A stretch of DNA of 64,000 nucleotides. Source: Eledone cirrhosa. Lineage: Eukaryota. The stretch is from assembly GCA_964016885.1 (NCBI GenBank), contig OZ024748.1:42222001-42286000 (forward strand), in the 5' to 3' direction. The position numbers and the translations under genes were made by a program. The stretch's first letter is position 1. Each line of letters starts with the position of its first letter. Below, in pieces: positions 1-13,000 of this stretch. A model generated the notes under the pieces. It did no database searches. It was not told the DNA's origin and saw nothing but the letters and a program-made list of their open reading frames with translations.

Positions 1-248
1 TATACATACATATACACACACATACATACAGACATGCATACACACATGTGCACTCACACATATACATACACACATACCTACGCGTACACACATCTATATC
101 TGTTTCTGTAACGAGTTAATAATATTTTTACTGTAAATAAATTTAATTAAGTATTTAACATGTCACAGTTCAACATATTTGACTGTTGATAGATTACTAA
201 ATTGTTCTGATGGTAGTTTGTGACTATACCGCACCTCCTGTTGTCTGG

Positions 249-287
<39 letters not shown>

Positions 288-289
288 AA

Positions 290-790
290 GACAATGGAAA
301 AAAACAAGAGAAAGACAAAACAGTCCCATCTCCTCAGTCAACCTCTGGGAATCACTATAGTTTCAGTTCATTAAGGTCAATACTATTCATTCCAGTGTAC
401 ATTGGGACATAACAAAACAGAGACAAGTTATGACTTTAGGTAAATGACACAAATATAGAGTGGAAGGGGTTAGAAAAAGGAGGAAAATATAGAGAAATAG
501 TAAAACAGAAGAGAATAAGGACTGTAGTCCAACTTGCAGACAAAGAAGGACACTGAGGTGGAGAATAGAGGAAAACAGGCCGAGCGGTGTGATGTCTATT
601 GTATGATAGTTTTTAAAAAAAGCCTGCATGACTAAGTCTTTAGAATATAAATTCAAAATGGGGAGTGTACAGGAGAAAGAAAATGGAAATAAAACAACAG
701 AAAGACAGACAGTCACACCTCAGTCAACCTCTGGAAATCATTATGGTTTTAGTTCATATAGGTTGATACTATTCATCCCAGTGTACAATG
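290..790. repeat. Dispersed repeat with ~100 bp direct repeats
   Basis: ~301-400 is repeated at ~692-787; the interior (~400-610) recurs inverted at ~49534-49762. Confidence 0.6.
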
Positions 791-1035
791 AATGGGGTTG
801 ACAAAACAGGCATATATATATAGGTTGGGTTGGGTTGGTATTTGTCTTATGTTATGTCCTAATATAATATATTATTTACGATAAAATAAAGTACCAGTAA
901 TGTACTGGGTAATTGCTGGCCTTGTGCCAAAAGTAGAAACAATTATTTATTTTATATTATATTGTTTATATTAGAAACAGGCTGTTTTAAGGAAAATGAA
1001 ATTATCTGAATGTGTCGTTTGTTTGGATTATTTAA

Positions 1036-1450
1036 ATATTATCCTTCTCTCTATTTCAGAGTCAACTCCCCATCATCATCACAGCTCTGGTGACAATATT
1101 GACCTCTCTATTTCAGAGTCAACTCCCCATCATCATCACAGCTCTGGTGACAATATTATCCTCTCTATTTCAGTCAACTCCCCATCATCATCACAGCTCT
1201 GGTGACAATATTATCCTCTCTATTTCAGTCAACTCCCCATCATCATCACAGCTCTGGTGACAATATTGACCTCTCTATTTCAGAGTCAACTCCCCATCAT
1301 CATCACAGCTCTGGTGACAATATTATCTTCTCTATTTCAGAGTCAACTCCCCATCATCATCACAGCTCTGGTGACAATATTATCCTCTCTATTTCAGAGT
1401 CAACTCCCCATCATCTGCATGGCTCTGTTCACTTTGGTGACAATATCCAG
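1036..1450 (+). repeat. 55-57 bp tandem repeat containing the ECD splice acceptor and exon start
   Basis: ctctctatttcag recurs ending at 1059, 1116, 1173, 1228, 1283, 1340 and 1397. Confidence 0.95.
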
Positions 1451-1515
1451 GATGAATGGTTTGTCGTTTACCTATTGTATCAGCTGACACAACATTTCTC
1501 GGGTCTAACCGCCAA
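1398..1515 (+). CDS. ECD: Ecdysoneless homologue, first exon in window
   Basis: ttttcag-type acceptor and AA|gtaagt donor; (E)STPHHLHGSVHFGDNIQDEWFVVYLLYQLTQHFSGLTAK matches the ECD FGDNIEDEWF motif. Confidence 0.9.
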
Positions 1516-1539
1516 GTAAGTTTATTATTATTATTATAA

Positions 1540-1757
1540 GGGCTGTGGATTGGCAGAATCGGTAGAGCGTCGGACACCATGCTTCGCGGCTTGGAGTGAT
1601 GTCCCTTTACAATCTGAGTTCAAATCCCGTCAAGGTTAGATTTGCCTTTCATCCTTACAGGGGTCGATAACATAAAGTACCAGTCACGCACTGGGGTCGA
1701 TTTAATCGACTTTCCCCCTCTCCAAAATTGCTGGCCTTGTGCCGAAAGGAGAAGCCA
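1540..1757 (+). mobile_element. tRNA-derived SINE family A (Nin/Deu-domain-like)
   Basis: A/B-box-like head (tggcagaatcgg, gagttcaaatcc) and core gcctttcatccttacggggtcgataaaataaagtaccag; many copies in the window. Confidence 0.8.
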
Positions 1758-2235
1758 TTATTAATATCATCATCATCATCATCATCATCCTCGTTTTACT
1801 AATTATTATTGTTGTAGACGGTGAGTGGTAGAACCACAAATGACAAAGGCTTAGAAGTCTATTTTTGCAGTAAGACATTGACTAAATATAAAGTATTACT
1901 GTCAAGATGGTGGTGGTGATGATGGTGGTGGTGGTGTCGGTAGTGGTGGTGTCGGTAGTGGTGGTGTCGGTGGTGGTGGTGCTGCCACCTTCCACCACCA
2001 CTGCCACCTCTTTATGTGTGTTCTACAATATATTGGTATAGTCTGAAAGACTAAATGCGTTGAAGAATCATACTTTGCTCATATGTTCCATATTTGGCAT
2101 AGTTGCTATAGATATGACCCTTTCATAATGCCAACCACTTTACAGAGTGTACAGGGTGCACTTTGTGGCTTGCTATATATATATATATAGATAGAGAGTT
2201 AGTTAGTTCCACAAACCTTGAACTATATATATAAT

Positions 2236-2720
2236 GGAGGCACATGGCTTAGTGGTTAGAGCATTGGCCTTGCAATCGAAAGGTTGTGAGTTCAATTCTC
2301 AGACCGGGTGATGTGTTGTTTCCTTGAGCAAGATACTTTATTTCACATTGCTCCAGTTTACTCAGCTGTAGAAATGAGATGATAGTGACTGGGGTCCCTA
2401 TCATTCCACTGCAAAGTAGTCGTGGAGGTGCCACGGCAAAAAAGCACCCAGCTAACACTGCAAAGTGGCCGTGTAGGCGCCACAGCAAAAAAGCACCCAG
2501 CCCACACTGCAAAGTGGTCGTGGAGGTGCCACGGCAAAAAAGCACCCAGCCCACACTGCAAAGAGGCCGTGCCGTGTAGGCGCCACGGCAAAAAAGCACC
2601 CAGAACTCACTGTAAATGAGGTTGGTGTTAGGAAGGGCATCCAGCTGTAGAAATCAAGCCAGAATCAGTTGCCGTCCCACCCTTGCAAGCAGGGAAAAAG
2701 TGGATGTAAAATGAAATGAA
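2236..2720 (+). mobile_element. tRNA-derived SINE family B (CORE-like) with RTE-type 3' tail
   Basis: tggcttagtggttagagc head, tccttgagcaag core, tail ttggtgttaggaagggcatccagc shared with RTE 3' ends; internal tandem repeats. Confidence 0.8.
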
Positions 2721-3469
2721 ATAAATATCTATATGTATCTTTTCCTGAACATGGAACCTCGTTCTTTCCCCAACTCTCACATACACACGCGCGCACACAC
2801 ACACACTTACACCTACACACATACACAAACACCACCTTCACCTCTCCCCGCTCGGACCCCCCCTCCCCTCCCTCTCCCAACTCCACCCGACACCACCCCT
2901 ACACGCCTCACACCCTTCCACCACTTGTTTATCTTTGTTTATTTTTATTTGTACCCCTTCCACCGTTCCCCCCCCCCTATTTTTTTTCTAAATGTCTCTC
3001 CACCACTCCCCCACACATCCTTGGAACTCTCTTCTTACCCACTTTTCTCCTGATGAAGGGCTTATGCCCGAAACGCCCCCCCCTTTCTCAAGAGCATGAA
3101 CCTAATAAACCTTTATTTGTACTTCCTCTCTGTTTTTGTTCCCGTCCAAGTTTTCACTATATATATATATATATATTACAAGGGCGGTGCCCCAGCATGG
3201 CCTCAGCCGGATGGCTGAAACAGGTAAAAGAGTATATATATATATATAATATAGTTCAAGGAGACAACAAACAGAGGTACAAAAAGTCTTATTAGTTTCA
3301 CGCTTTATATAGAAAAGGGGAAAGAAAGTTTGACATGTCGGGCTTGAGTTCTTCTTCAGGTGTACAAAATAGGGAGAAACATCAGTGGAGAGACAAAAAA
3401 AATCTAAAATGAAGATGGAAAATAGGACAACCATTATGTAGTCATGGTAACAAGCTGGAACGCCAAGTG

Positions 3470-4580
3470 GAGTGTGTGTGTTAGTGTCATTATATGTGTG
3501 TGTGTGTTAGTGTCATTATATGTGTGTGTGTTAGTGTCGTTATGTGTGTGTGTTAGTGTCGTTATATGTGTGTTAGTGTTATGTGTGTGTGTTAGTGTTG
3601 TTATATGTGTGTGTGTGTTAGTGTCATTATATGTGTGTGTTAGTGTCATTATATGTGTGTTAGTGTCATTATATGTGTGTTAGTGTCGTTATGTGTGTGT
3701 GTTAGTGTCGTTATGTGTGTGTGTTAGTGTCGTTATGTGTGTGTGTTAGTGTCGTTATGTGTGTGTGTTAGTGTCGTTATGTGTGTGTGTTAGTGTCGTT
3801 ATATGTGTGCGTTAGTGTTGTTATGTGTGCGTTAGTGTCGTTATGTGTGTGCATTAGTGTCGTTATGTGTGTGTTTTAGTGTTGTGTGTGTTAGTGTTAT
3901 GTGTGTGTGTGTGTTAGTGTCGTTATGTGTGTGTTAATGTCGTTATATGTGTGTGTGTTAGTCAGTATATGTGTGTGTGTTAGTGTCAGTATATGTGTGT
4001 GTGTGTTAGTGTCGTTGTGTGTGTGTTATTGTCGTTGTGTGTGTTAGTCAGTATATGTGTATGTGTTAGTGTCAGTATATATATATATATGTGTGTGTTA
4101 GTGTCAGTATATGTGTGTGTTACTGTCGTTTTATGTGTTAGTGTCAGTATATGTGTGTGTGTTAGTGTCGTTATGTGTGTGTGTTAGTGTCGTTAGATGT
4201 GTGTGTGTTAGTGTTATGTGTATGTGTTAGTGCCGTTATGTGTGTGTTAGTGTCAATATATGTGTGTGTGTTAGTCAGTATATGTGTGTGTTAGTGTCAG
4301 TATATGTGTGTGTGTTCGTGTCGTGTGTGTGTGTGTTAGTGTCGTTGTGTGTGTGTTAGTCAGTATATGTGTGTGTGTTAGTGTCAATATATGTGTATGT
4401 GTTAGTCAGTATATGTGTGTGTGTTAGTGTCAGTATATGTGTGTTAGTGTCGTTATGTGTGTGTTAATGTCAGTATATGTGTGTTAATGTCAGTATATGT
4501 GTGTTAGTGTCAGTATATGTGTGTTAGTGTCAGTACATGTGTGTGTGTTAGTGTCGTTATATGTGTGAGTGTATGTTTAA
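3470..4580. repeat. (TG)n-ttagtgtcgtta compound minisatellite
   Basis: Visible tandem units of about 20-25 bp. Confidence 0.95.
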
Positions 4581-4994
4581 ATGTGTGATTTTTACAGGTA
4601 TATTGTGTAAAGTAAGAAAGATAGTGTGTGTATGCATATACGCATGTGTTAGTGGTAGTAGACATGTATGTGTGAGTGAATGTAAGTTTGAATGTGTGTT
4701 GCAGTAATTATGTGTGTGTGTGTGTGTAAAGTATCGGTGAATTGAGTGAGAGAAAAGAATTTGTCAGTTGATGGATTATTTTTGCCAATATTTTCTGTGT
4801 GTTGATTGCTGTCAACTGGACAAAACAGATTAGTGTTATTTCATATAACCTATGACATGGAACCTAGCTTCCTGATTGATGTATTCTGCTATTTCTGGTA
4901 GCTTTTATTTTAAAAAAAGAGCCCAAAATATTTTCTGACATGTTATCCTACGATGTACAACTAAAACCTGTAGTCAAACATGTTTTAGGTTTTA

Positions 4995-5400
4995 TTAATC
5001 CTTTTCATAGCAAACTGTTTGAAACCATCCCACCCCTGGATCTATAATACTAAACTTTGTTTTAAACTGTTTATCATCATCATCATAACTCTTTAAAGTC
5101 CATTTTCTATACTAGCAGGGGTCTGACAAGTTGTCCGACTGTGAGACAAGTCAGATCAGGTGACCATGTCTTACTCATACAGAACTGTTGCTTGCTTTGC
5201 TTCTATGGCTGGATGTCCTTCCTAACACCAACCACTTTACAGTTTATATTTATTTAAAATTCTTCCATCATAAATTTATATGAGAACCTTAATGTTCTAA
5301 AGTTAGTTACTACACCAAATTCTTGATTATTTTACAAATTGATTTCACAATCATAGACAGTGGCTTTCATTAGAAATATGGTAATGAAAGGGTTAATGAC
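4995..5400. mobile_element. piggyBac-like MITE with a nested SINE/RTE tail fragment
   Basis: ttaatcctttt ... aaagggttaa termini; related to 24293-24590 and 42920-43139. Confidence 0.55.
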
Positions 5401-5865
5401 ATAGACAGTGTCTTTCATTAGAAATATGGTAATGAAAGGGTTAATGACATAGACAGTGTCTTTCATTAGAAATATGGTAATGAAAGGGTTAATGACATAG
5501 ACAGTGCCTTTCATTAGAAATATGGTAATGAAAGGGTTAATGACATAGACAGTGTCTTTCATTAGAAATATGGTAATGGAAGGGTTAATGACATAGACAG
5601 TGACTTTCATTAGAAATATGGTAATGAAAGGGTTAATGACATAGACAGTGACTTTCATTAGAAATATGGTAATGAAAGGGTTAATGACATAGACAGTGTC
5701 TTTCATTAGAAATATGGTAATGAAAGGGTTAATGACATAGACAGTGCCTTTCATTAGAAATATGGTAATGAAAGGGTTAATGACATAGACAGTGCCTTTC
5801 ATTAGAAATATGGTAATGAAAGGGTTAATGACATAGACAGTGTCTTTCATTAGAAATATGGTGAT
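5350..5865. repeat. 48 bp tandem repeat, about 10.5 copies
   Basis: Unit gacatagacagtgtctttcattagaaatatggtaatgaaagggttaat. Confidence 0.95.
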
Positions 5866-6113
5866 GTTTGGTGAGATTTATATCAAGATATTTATTTATA
5901 AATAATTGATTTTGATAAGTCCCAATAAGAGACGAAACGATCGTCAATCAATATTTAATGTTAAAACCTATTTGGTAATAGGTTTAGTGAATAATTTGCT
6001 TCATGTGTAATTATTATATTTAACACAATAGGATTTTGTACACATGTTTGTTTGAAAAATCTTTCAAAGAAGTATGAAACAGTCTTTTGTAGTGTTTATT
6101 ATAATAAATTAAA

Positions 6114-6300
6114 GGGCGGTGGATTGGCAGTATCGGTAGAGGGTCGGACGCTATGCTTTGCAGCATAGTTACGTCCCTTTACGGACTGATTTCAAATCCC
6201 GCCGAGGTTAACTTTGCCTTTCATCCTTACGTGGTCGATAAAATAAAGTACCAGTAATGCACTGGGTAATTGCTGGCCTTGTGCCAAAAGTAGAAACAAT
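6114..6300 (+). mobile_element. SINE family A
   Basis: Full-length match to other copies. Confidence 0.8.
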
Positions 6301-6429
6301 TATAATAAAGTATTGTATTTTGAGGTGTTTTAACTTCTCCACCTACCCCCTTCCAATTTTTATACTGTTTTTGTAGAAAATAATATATTTTCCATATATG
6401 TGTATATATATGTATATATATATATATAC

Positions 6430-6833
6430 CCTTCAATGCAAAGTTATGTTGGTGCCACAACATCCAGGCCGAAACAAACGAGATCGTGTAGGTGTCACGA
6501 CAAAAAACACACAGTCCACGCTGTAATGTGGCCGTGTAGGCAACACGGTAAAAACCTCCCAGTCCCACACTGTAAATGTGGTTGGTGTTAGGAAGGGCAT
6601 CCAGCTGTAGAAAACACGCCAGACAGTCCACGCTGTAATGTGGCCGTGTAGGCAACACGGTAAAAACCTCCCAGCCCCACACTGTAAATGTGGTTGGTGT
6701 TAGGAAGGGCATCCAGCTGTAGAAAACCCGCCAGACAGTCCTATGCGAGCAAGACAATCACTCTTGCCTCAAGTGGGAAAACCCCCGTCCAAACCCATCC
6801 AAGCATGGAACAGGGACGTTAAACGATGATGAT
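6430..6833 (+). mobile_element. RTE LINE 3' UTR fragment with internal duplication
   Basis: Matches 9215-9506 and 52910-53335; ends ggacgttaaacgatgatgat. Confidence 0.8.
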
Positions 6834-7107
6834 ATATATATATATATATATATATAGATATATAGATAGAAGTGGTTACACAACAGTTGGTTCACCATAC
6901 CGAGAACAATTGTTTCACCTTAGCGGATCCTCAGCTCGTAATGCTGTGTTCTACCACTATATATATATAAATGACTTCTACATGACTAGGACTGTTTCAT
7001 TCGTATAAAAGCATATATAGGAAAATGTATGACCCCGACGGCAGAGATCAAACCGTTTCGACAGCTATTTCTGGACTAAATTAGAATGTTATATATATAT
7101 ATATATG

Positions 7108-7140
<33 letters not shown>

Positions 7141-7895
7141 GAGAAGTATATAAAGGAGAACAAACCGTTAAAACATGTTTATTTAAAACAGCATATATAT
7201 ATATATAGCAGCTTTGAGTGGCATCGCATAAGCTGATTAGTTTGAGCCAGAAGTTAGTTATAATGATGATGATGTTGATGGTGATGATGTTACCACTACT
7301 ACAACTATCATCACCATTACCACGACCACCACTAACAACAACAACAACAACAAAACTAAATATTTAAGCTAGAAAGTAAAAAGAAAGAAACTCCACCCCC
7401 TAAAGAACAGCATCAAATGTTCAACAGTGATTCTTTAAAGCTGCTGTATTTAAAATGGCTGCTGTATTTAAAACAGTCTTCTTCTGTAGTGTGAAGAAGT
7501 TATTAATAACAGTATTGACTCTTACAAGATCAATAATAGCTTCAGATAACGACAGAGGTGTAAAAATAAGTAAAAATTTCTAGAAAATGCAGTGAAGATG
7601 GCTGACAGAATAAGAAGCTGTGATATTCTGTATGAGTAAGATTATATATATATATCTGTGTGTGTAATATGCATATTACATATATATATATATGTATATA
7701 TATATATGTATGTAATATGCAAATAAAGTTTGTACAGCTGTTGCTGTTTTAACAGCTAGTTCCAGATTCCTGGTACTTGCTGTTGAAACAGAAATCAGGC
7801 CCGACTGTTTATAATATAGTCACACTCTACTATCCCAAGTATTGAGTACTCTGTTGAATAATGGTCTAAATAGTTAAATACTGGGTTTAATCTTG

Positions 7896-8130
7896 ATGGC
7901 TTAGTGGTTAGATCATTGAGCTTACAATCGGGAGGTTGTAAGTTTGATTCTCAGGCCAGGTGATGCGTTGCGTTCTTGAGCAAAACTTTATTTCAAGTTG
8001 CTCCAGTTTACTCAGGTGTAGAAATGAGTTACGACGTCACTGGTGCCAAGCTGTATTCTGAGGCTTGTGCCTCGGAAGGGAAGTTTCTAGGTGCAAAACC
8101 ATGGTCATTTGTGACTGAAGGAGGCCTACG
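7896..8130 (+). mobile_element. SINE family B variant
   Basis: tRNA-like head and CORE-like body. Confidence 0.7.
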
Positions 8131-8374
8131 ATATATTTATATATATATTCAATACTGGAATTGAATAATCAAAACCGTAGCGGTATGTCACATATCAAAT
8201 CTCATATTTTGTCTGATGAAAACGTACTTAAACACCACTGTACCTTTGAAATATGTATAATAAAATATATATTTTGATTATGAGAATATTTTTCATTTAA
8301 CATTTTGAATAATATATGTATATATACAACCGGTACTGGCATTGATAAATATGCTGGGTCCGTCAACTCCTTAT

Positions 8375-8423
<49 letters not shown>

Positions 8424-8425
<2 letters not shown>

Positions 8426-9506
8426 CTAACTAAGAATATAGATTTTATATGTGGCCAGTGCTCTGGTGCAATAAGTAGCAGCAAATGCCCATACAATACT
8501 AGCTCATTCCATTGCCCAGATGGTTCTATAGAAATAGTGGACACCTTCCGTTACCTGTGTGACAAAATCAGCTGTGGTGGAGGGTGCTCTGAAAGTACAG
8601 TAGCTAGAGTCCGAACGGGATGGAAAAAGTTCAGAGAGCTTATACCACTATTGGCCGCTAAAGGTTTCTCTCTAAAAATGAAAGGCCGACTGTATGATGC
8701 CTGCATACGAACAGCAATGTTACATGGCAGTGAGACTTGGGCATTGTGTGCAGAGGATACGCAGACTGGAGAGGAACGAAGCTTGCATGCTCCATTGGAT
8801 GTGTAATAGTAATATATGTGAACGGCAAAGCATAAATGAACTAAGTGAGAAATTAGGAATAAGAGGGATCAGATGCTGTTTACTCGAGAGAAGACTACGT
8901 TGGTATGGTCACGTGATACGCATGAAAGACGACAGCTGTATAAAAAAGTGCAGGGCGATCAAAATAGACGGTAGCCACGGATTAGGCAGACCCAGAAAAA
9001 CCTGGGATGACTTGATAAAATCCAACCTCACACACTTACACCTCTCCAAGACAATGTCACTGGGCCGAGATCTTTGGCGATACGTAGTAATACAGAAGAC
9101 CCGTCTTGCCTAAGTACAAAGCGAAACCTACTGTCAGTAGGCACCTCTTAACCAAAATAACCCCCCCCCCCCATCCCACTACCCTTACCCCCCACCGCCA
9201 TCTACACAACCCCTTTCGATTGTAAAGCTATGTTGGTACCACAATGTCCAGTCCTAAATAAACGAGGTTGTGTAGCTGTCGCGACAAAAAAAAAAACACA
9301 GTCCACGCTGTAATGTGGCCATGTAGGTAACACGGTAAAAACCTCCCAGTCCACACTGTAAACGTGGTTGGTGTTAGGAAGGGCATCCAGCCATAGAAAA
9401 CCTGCCAGACAGTACTGACCAAGACAACCAATCTTGCCTCAAGTGGGACAATTCCCGTCCAGACCCTTGCTAGTGTGGAAGATGGACGTTAAGCGATGAT
9501 GATGAT
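8424..9506 (+). mobile_element. 5'-truncated, frameshifted RTE-clade LINE
   Basis: FRYL.DKIS, AMLHGSETW, RRLRWYGHVIRM, GRPRKTW motifs; (ATG)n tail. Confidence 0.9.
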
Positions 9507-10096
9507 ATATATTATAAAATGACAGGAGGCTGGACTGGTGTAATTCCTTAAAGATTTATTATACTATAAACATTTCAATGACGGGGTTCAGCATGAATCT
9601 GGTGAGATCATCAGGTATTACGGAATTTATCGAATAAAGAAATATAATAATAGACACAATCCAAGGGGCTCTAAAGTAGATAGAAATGTTTAAGACCTGA
9701 AGGCGGCCAAAATTAGCAGTTGCTTGGTAGATAGGTAGATAGATATCTATATATGTGTGTATAGCAACATAAAATGAGCCAGATATATTCTGTTATGACA
9801 TTGTATAGGCTGTGTTAATAGCTTTTCTCAGATGATTCTTTACAAGATTGGAAGAAGACTTGAGAGTTGTGAATGAGAATGCTGGTAACCATCTTGAGTG
9901 TTGCCAGAGTGTCTTATGTTATCTATGGAGGCGGGATGGTGTGTTATTACAATAACATGTATCACCCCCCCATCCTCCCACCTCAACAAATATTTTATTT
10001 CATTGTTGATGTTGTTGTTGGTCTTGTTGGTGGTGGTGGTGATGTTCGTTTGTTGTTGTTAGTAATGTTGATGGTGTTGATGCTGTTGATTGTGTT

Positions 10097-13000
10097 GGTG
10101 TAAGACCTAGAGAGTTGTTGTAAGACCTAGAGTTGTTGTTGTAAGACCTAGAGTTGTTGTTGTAAGACCTAGAGTTGTTGTTGTAAGACCTAGAGTTGTT
10201 GTTGTAAGACCTAGAGTTGTTGTTGTAAGACCTAGAGTTGTTGGTGTAAGACCTAGAGTTGTTGTTGTAAGACCTAGAGTTGTTGTTGTAAGACCTAGAG
10301 TTGTTGTTGTAAGACCTAGAGTTGTTGTTGTAAGACCTAGAGTTGTTGTTGTAAGACCTAGAGTTGTTGTTGTAAGACCTAGAGTTATTGTTGTAAGACC
10401 TAGAGTTATTGTTGTAAGACCTAGAGTTATTGTTGTAAGACCTAGAGTTATTGTTGTAAGACCTAGAGTTATTGTTGTAAGATCTAGAGTTGTTGTTGTA
10501 AGACCTAGTTATTGTTGTAAGACCTAGAGTTGTTGTTGTAAGACCTAGTTATTGTTGTAAGACCTAGAGTTATTGTTGTAAGACCTAGTTATTGTTGTAA
10601 GACCTAGAGTTGTTGTTGTAAGACCTAGAGTTGTTGTTGTAAGACCTAGAGTTGTTGTTGTAAGACCTAGAGTTGTTGTTGTAAGACCTAGAGTTGTTGT
10701 TGTAAGACCTAGAGTTGTTGTTGTAAGACCTAGAGTTGTTGTTGTAAGACCTAGAGTTGTTGTTGTAAGACCTAGAGTTGTTGTTGTAAGACCTAGAGTT
10801 GTTGTTGTAAGACCTAGAGTTGTTGTTGTAAGACCTAGAGTTGGTGTTGTAAGACCTAGAGTTGGTGTTGTAAGACCTAGAGTTGGTGTTGTAAGACCTA
10901 GAGTTGTTGTTGTAAGACCTAGAGTTGGTGTTGTAAGACCTAGAGTTGGTGTTGTAAGACCTAGAGTTGGTGTTGTAAGACCTAGAGTTGGTGTTGTAAT
11001 ACCTAGAGTTGTTGTTGTAAGACCTAGAGTTGTTGTTGTAAGACCTAGAGTTGTTGTTGTAAGACCTAGAGTTGTTGTTGTAAGACCTAGAGTTGTTGTT
11101 GTAAGACCTAGAGTTGTTGTTGTAAGACCTAGAGTTGTTGTTGTAAGACCTAGAGTTGTTGTTGTAAGACCTAGAGAGTTGTTGTAAGACCTAGAGAGTT
11201 GTTGTAAGACCTAGAGAGTTGTAAGACCTAGAGAGTTGTAAGACCTAGAGAGTTGTTGTAAGACCTAGAGTTGTTGTAAGACCTAGAGTTGTTGTAAGAC
11301 CTAGAGTTGTTGTAAGACCTAGAGTTGTTGTAAGACCTAGAGTTGTTGTAAGACCTAGAGTTGTTGTAAGACCTAGAGTTGTTGTAAGACCTAGAGTTGT
11401 TGTAAGACCTAGAGTTGTTGTAAGACCTAGAGTTGTTGTAAGACCTAGAGAGTTGTTGTAAGACCTAGAGAGTTGTTGTAAGACCTAGAGAGTTGTTGTA
11501 AGACCTAGAGAGTTGTTGTAAGACCTAGAGAGTTGTTGTAAGACCTAGAGAGTTGTTGTAAGACCTAGAGAGTTGTTGTAAGACCTAGAGAGTTGTTGTA
11601 AGACCTAGAGAGTTGTTGTAAGACCTAGAGTTGTTGTAAGACCTAGAGTTGTTGTAAGACCTAGAGTTGTTGTAAGACCTAGAGTTGTTGTAAGACCTAG
11701 AGTTGTTGTAAGACCTAGAGTTGTTGTAAGACCTAGAGTTGTTGTAAGACCTAGAGTTGTTGTAAGACCTAGAGTTGTTGTAAGACCTAGAGAGTTGTTG
11801 TAAGACCTAGAGAGTTGTTGTAAGACCTAGAGTTGTTGTAAGACCTAGAGTTGTTGTAAGACCTAGAGTTGTTGTAAGACCTAGAGTTGTTGTAAGACCT
11901 AGAGTTGTTGTAAGACCTAGAGAGTTGTTGTAAGACCTAGAGAGTTGTTGTAAGACCTAGAGAGTTGTTGTAAGACCTAGAGAGTTGTTGTAAGACCTAG
12001 AGAGTTGTTGTAAGACCTAGAGAGTTGTTGTAAGACCTAGAGAGTTGTTGTAAGACCTAGAGAGTTGTTGTAAGACCTAGAGAGTTGTTGTAAGACCTAG
12101 AGAGTTGTTGTAAGACCTAGAGAGTTGTTGTAAGACCTAGAGAGTTGTTGTAAGACCTAGAGAGTTGTTGTAAGACCTAGAGAGTTGTTGTAAGACCTAG
12201 AGAGTTGTTGTAAGACCTAGAGAGTTGTTGTAAGACCTAGAGAGTTGTTGTAAGACCTAGAGAGTTGTTGTAAGACCTAGAGAGTTGTTGTAAGACCTAG
12301 AGAGTTGTTGTAAGACCTAGAGAGTTGTTGTAAGACCTAGAGAGTTGTTGTAAGACCTAGAGAGTTGTTGTAAGACCTAGAGAGTTGTTGTAAGACCTAG
12401 AGAGTTGTTGTAAGACCTAGAGAGTTGTTGTAAGACCTAGAGTTGTTGTAAGACCTAGAGTTGTTGTAAGACCTAGAGTTGTTGTAAGACCTAGAGTTGT
12501 TGTAAGACCTAGAGAGTTGTTGTAAGACCTAGAGAGTTGTTGTAAGACCTAGAGTTGTTGTAAGACCTAGAGTTGTTGTAAGACCTAGAGTTGTTGTAAG
12601 ACCTAGAGTTGTTGTAAGACCTAGAGTTGTTGTAAGACCTAGAGTTGTTGTAAGACCTAGAGTTGTTGTAAGACCTAGAGTTGTTGTAAGACCTAGAGTT
12701 GTTGTAAGACCTAGAGTTGTTGTAAGACCTAGAGAGTTGTTGTAAGACCTAGTGTTGTTGTAAGACCTAGTGTTGTTGTAAGACCTAGTGTTGTTGTAAG
12801 ACCTAGAGTTGTTGTAAGACCTAGAGTTGTTGTAAGACCTAGAGTTGTTGTAAGACCTAGAGTTGTTGTAAGACCTAGAGTTGTTGTAAGACCTAGAGTT
12901 GTTGTAAGACCTAGAGTTGTTGTAAGACCTAGAGTTGTTGTAAGACCTAGAGTTGTTGTAAGACCTAGAGTTGTTGTAAGACCTAGAGTTGTTGTAAGAC

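Noticed and set aside
2236-2310. tRNA genes (also near 7896, 18129, 48716 and 56270)
   Set aside because: These are tRNA-like heads continuous with SINE bodies; no complete cloverleaf or terminator is evident
7490-7640. Possible extra or nested exons with ag/gt boundaries (also 9831-9883)
   Set aside because: ECD reads contiguously without them, their lengths or stops break the frame, and no protein motif is recognisable
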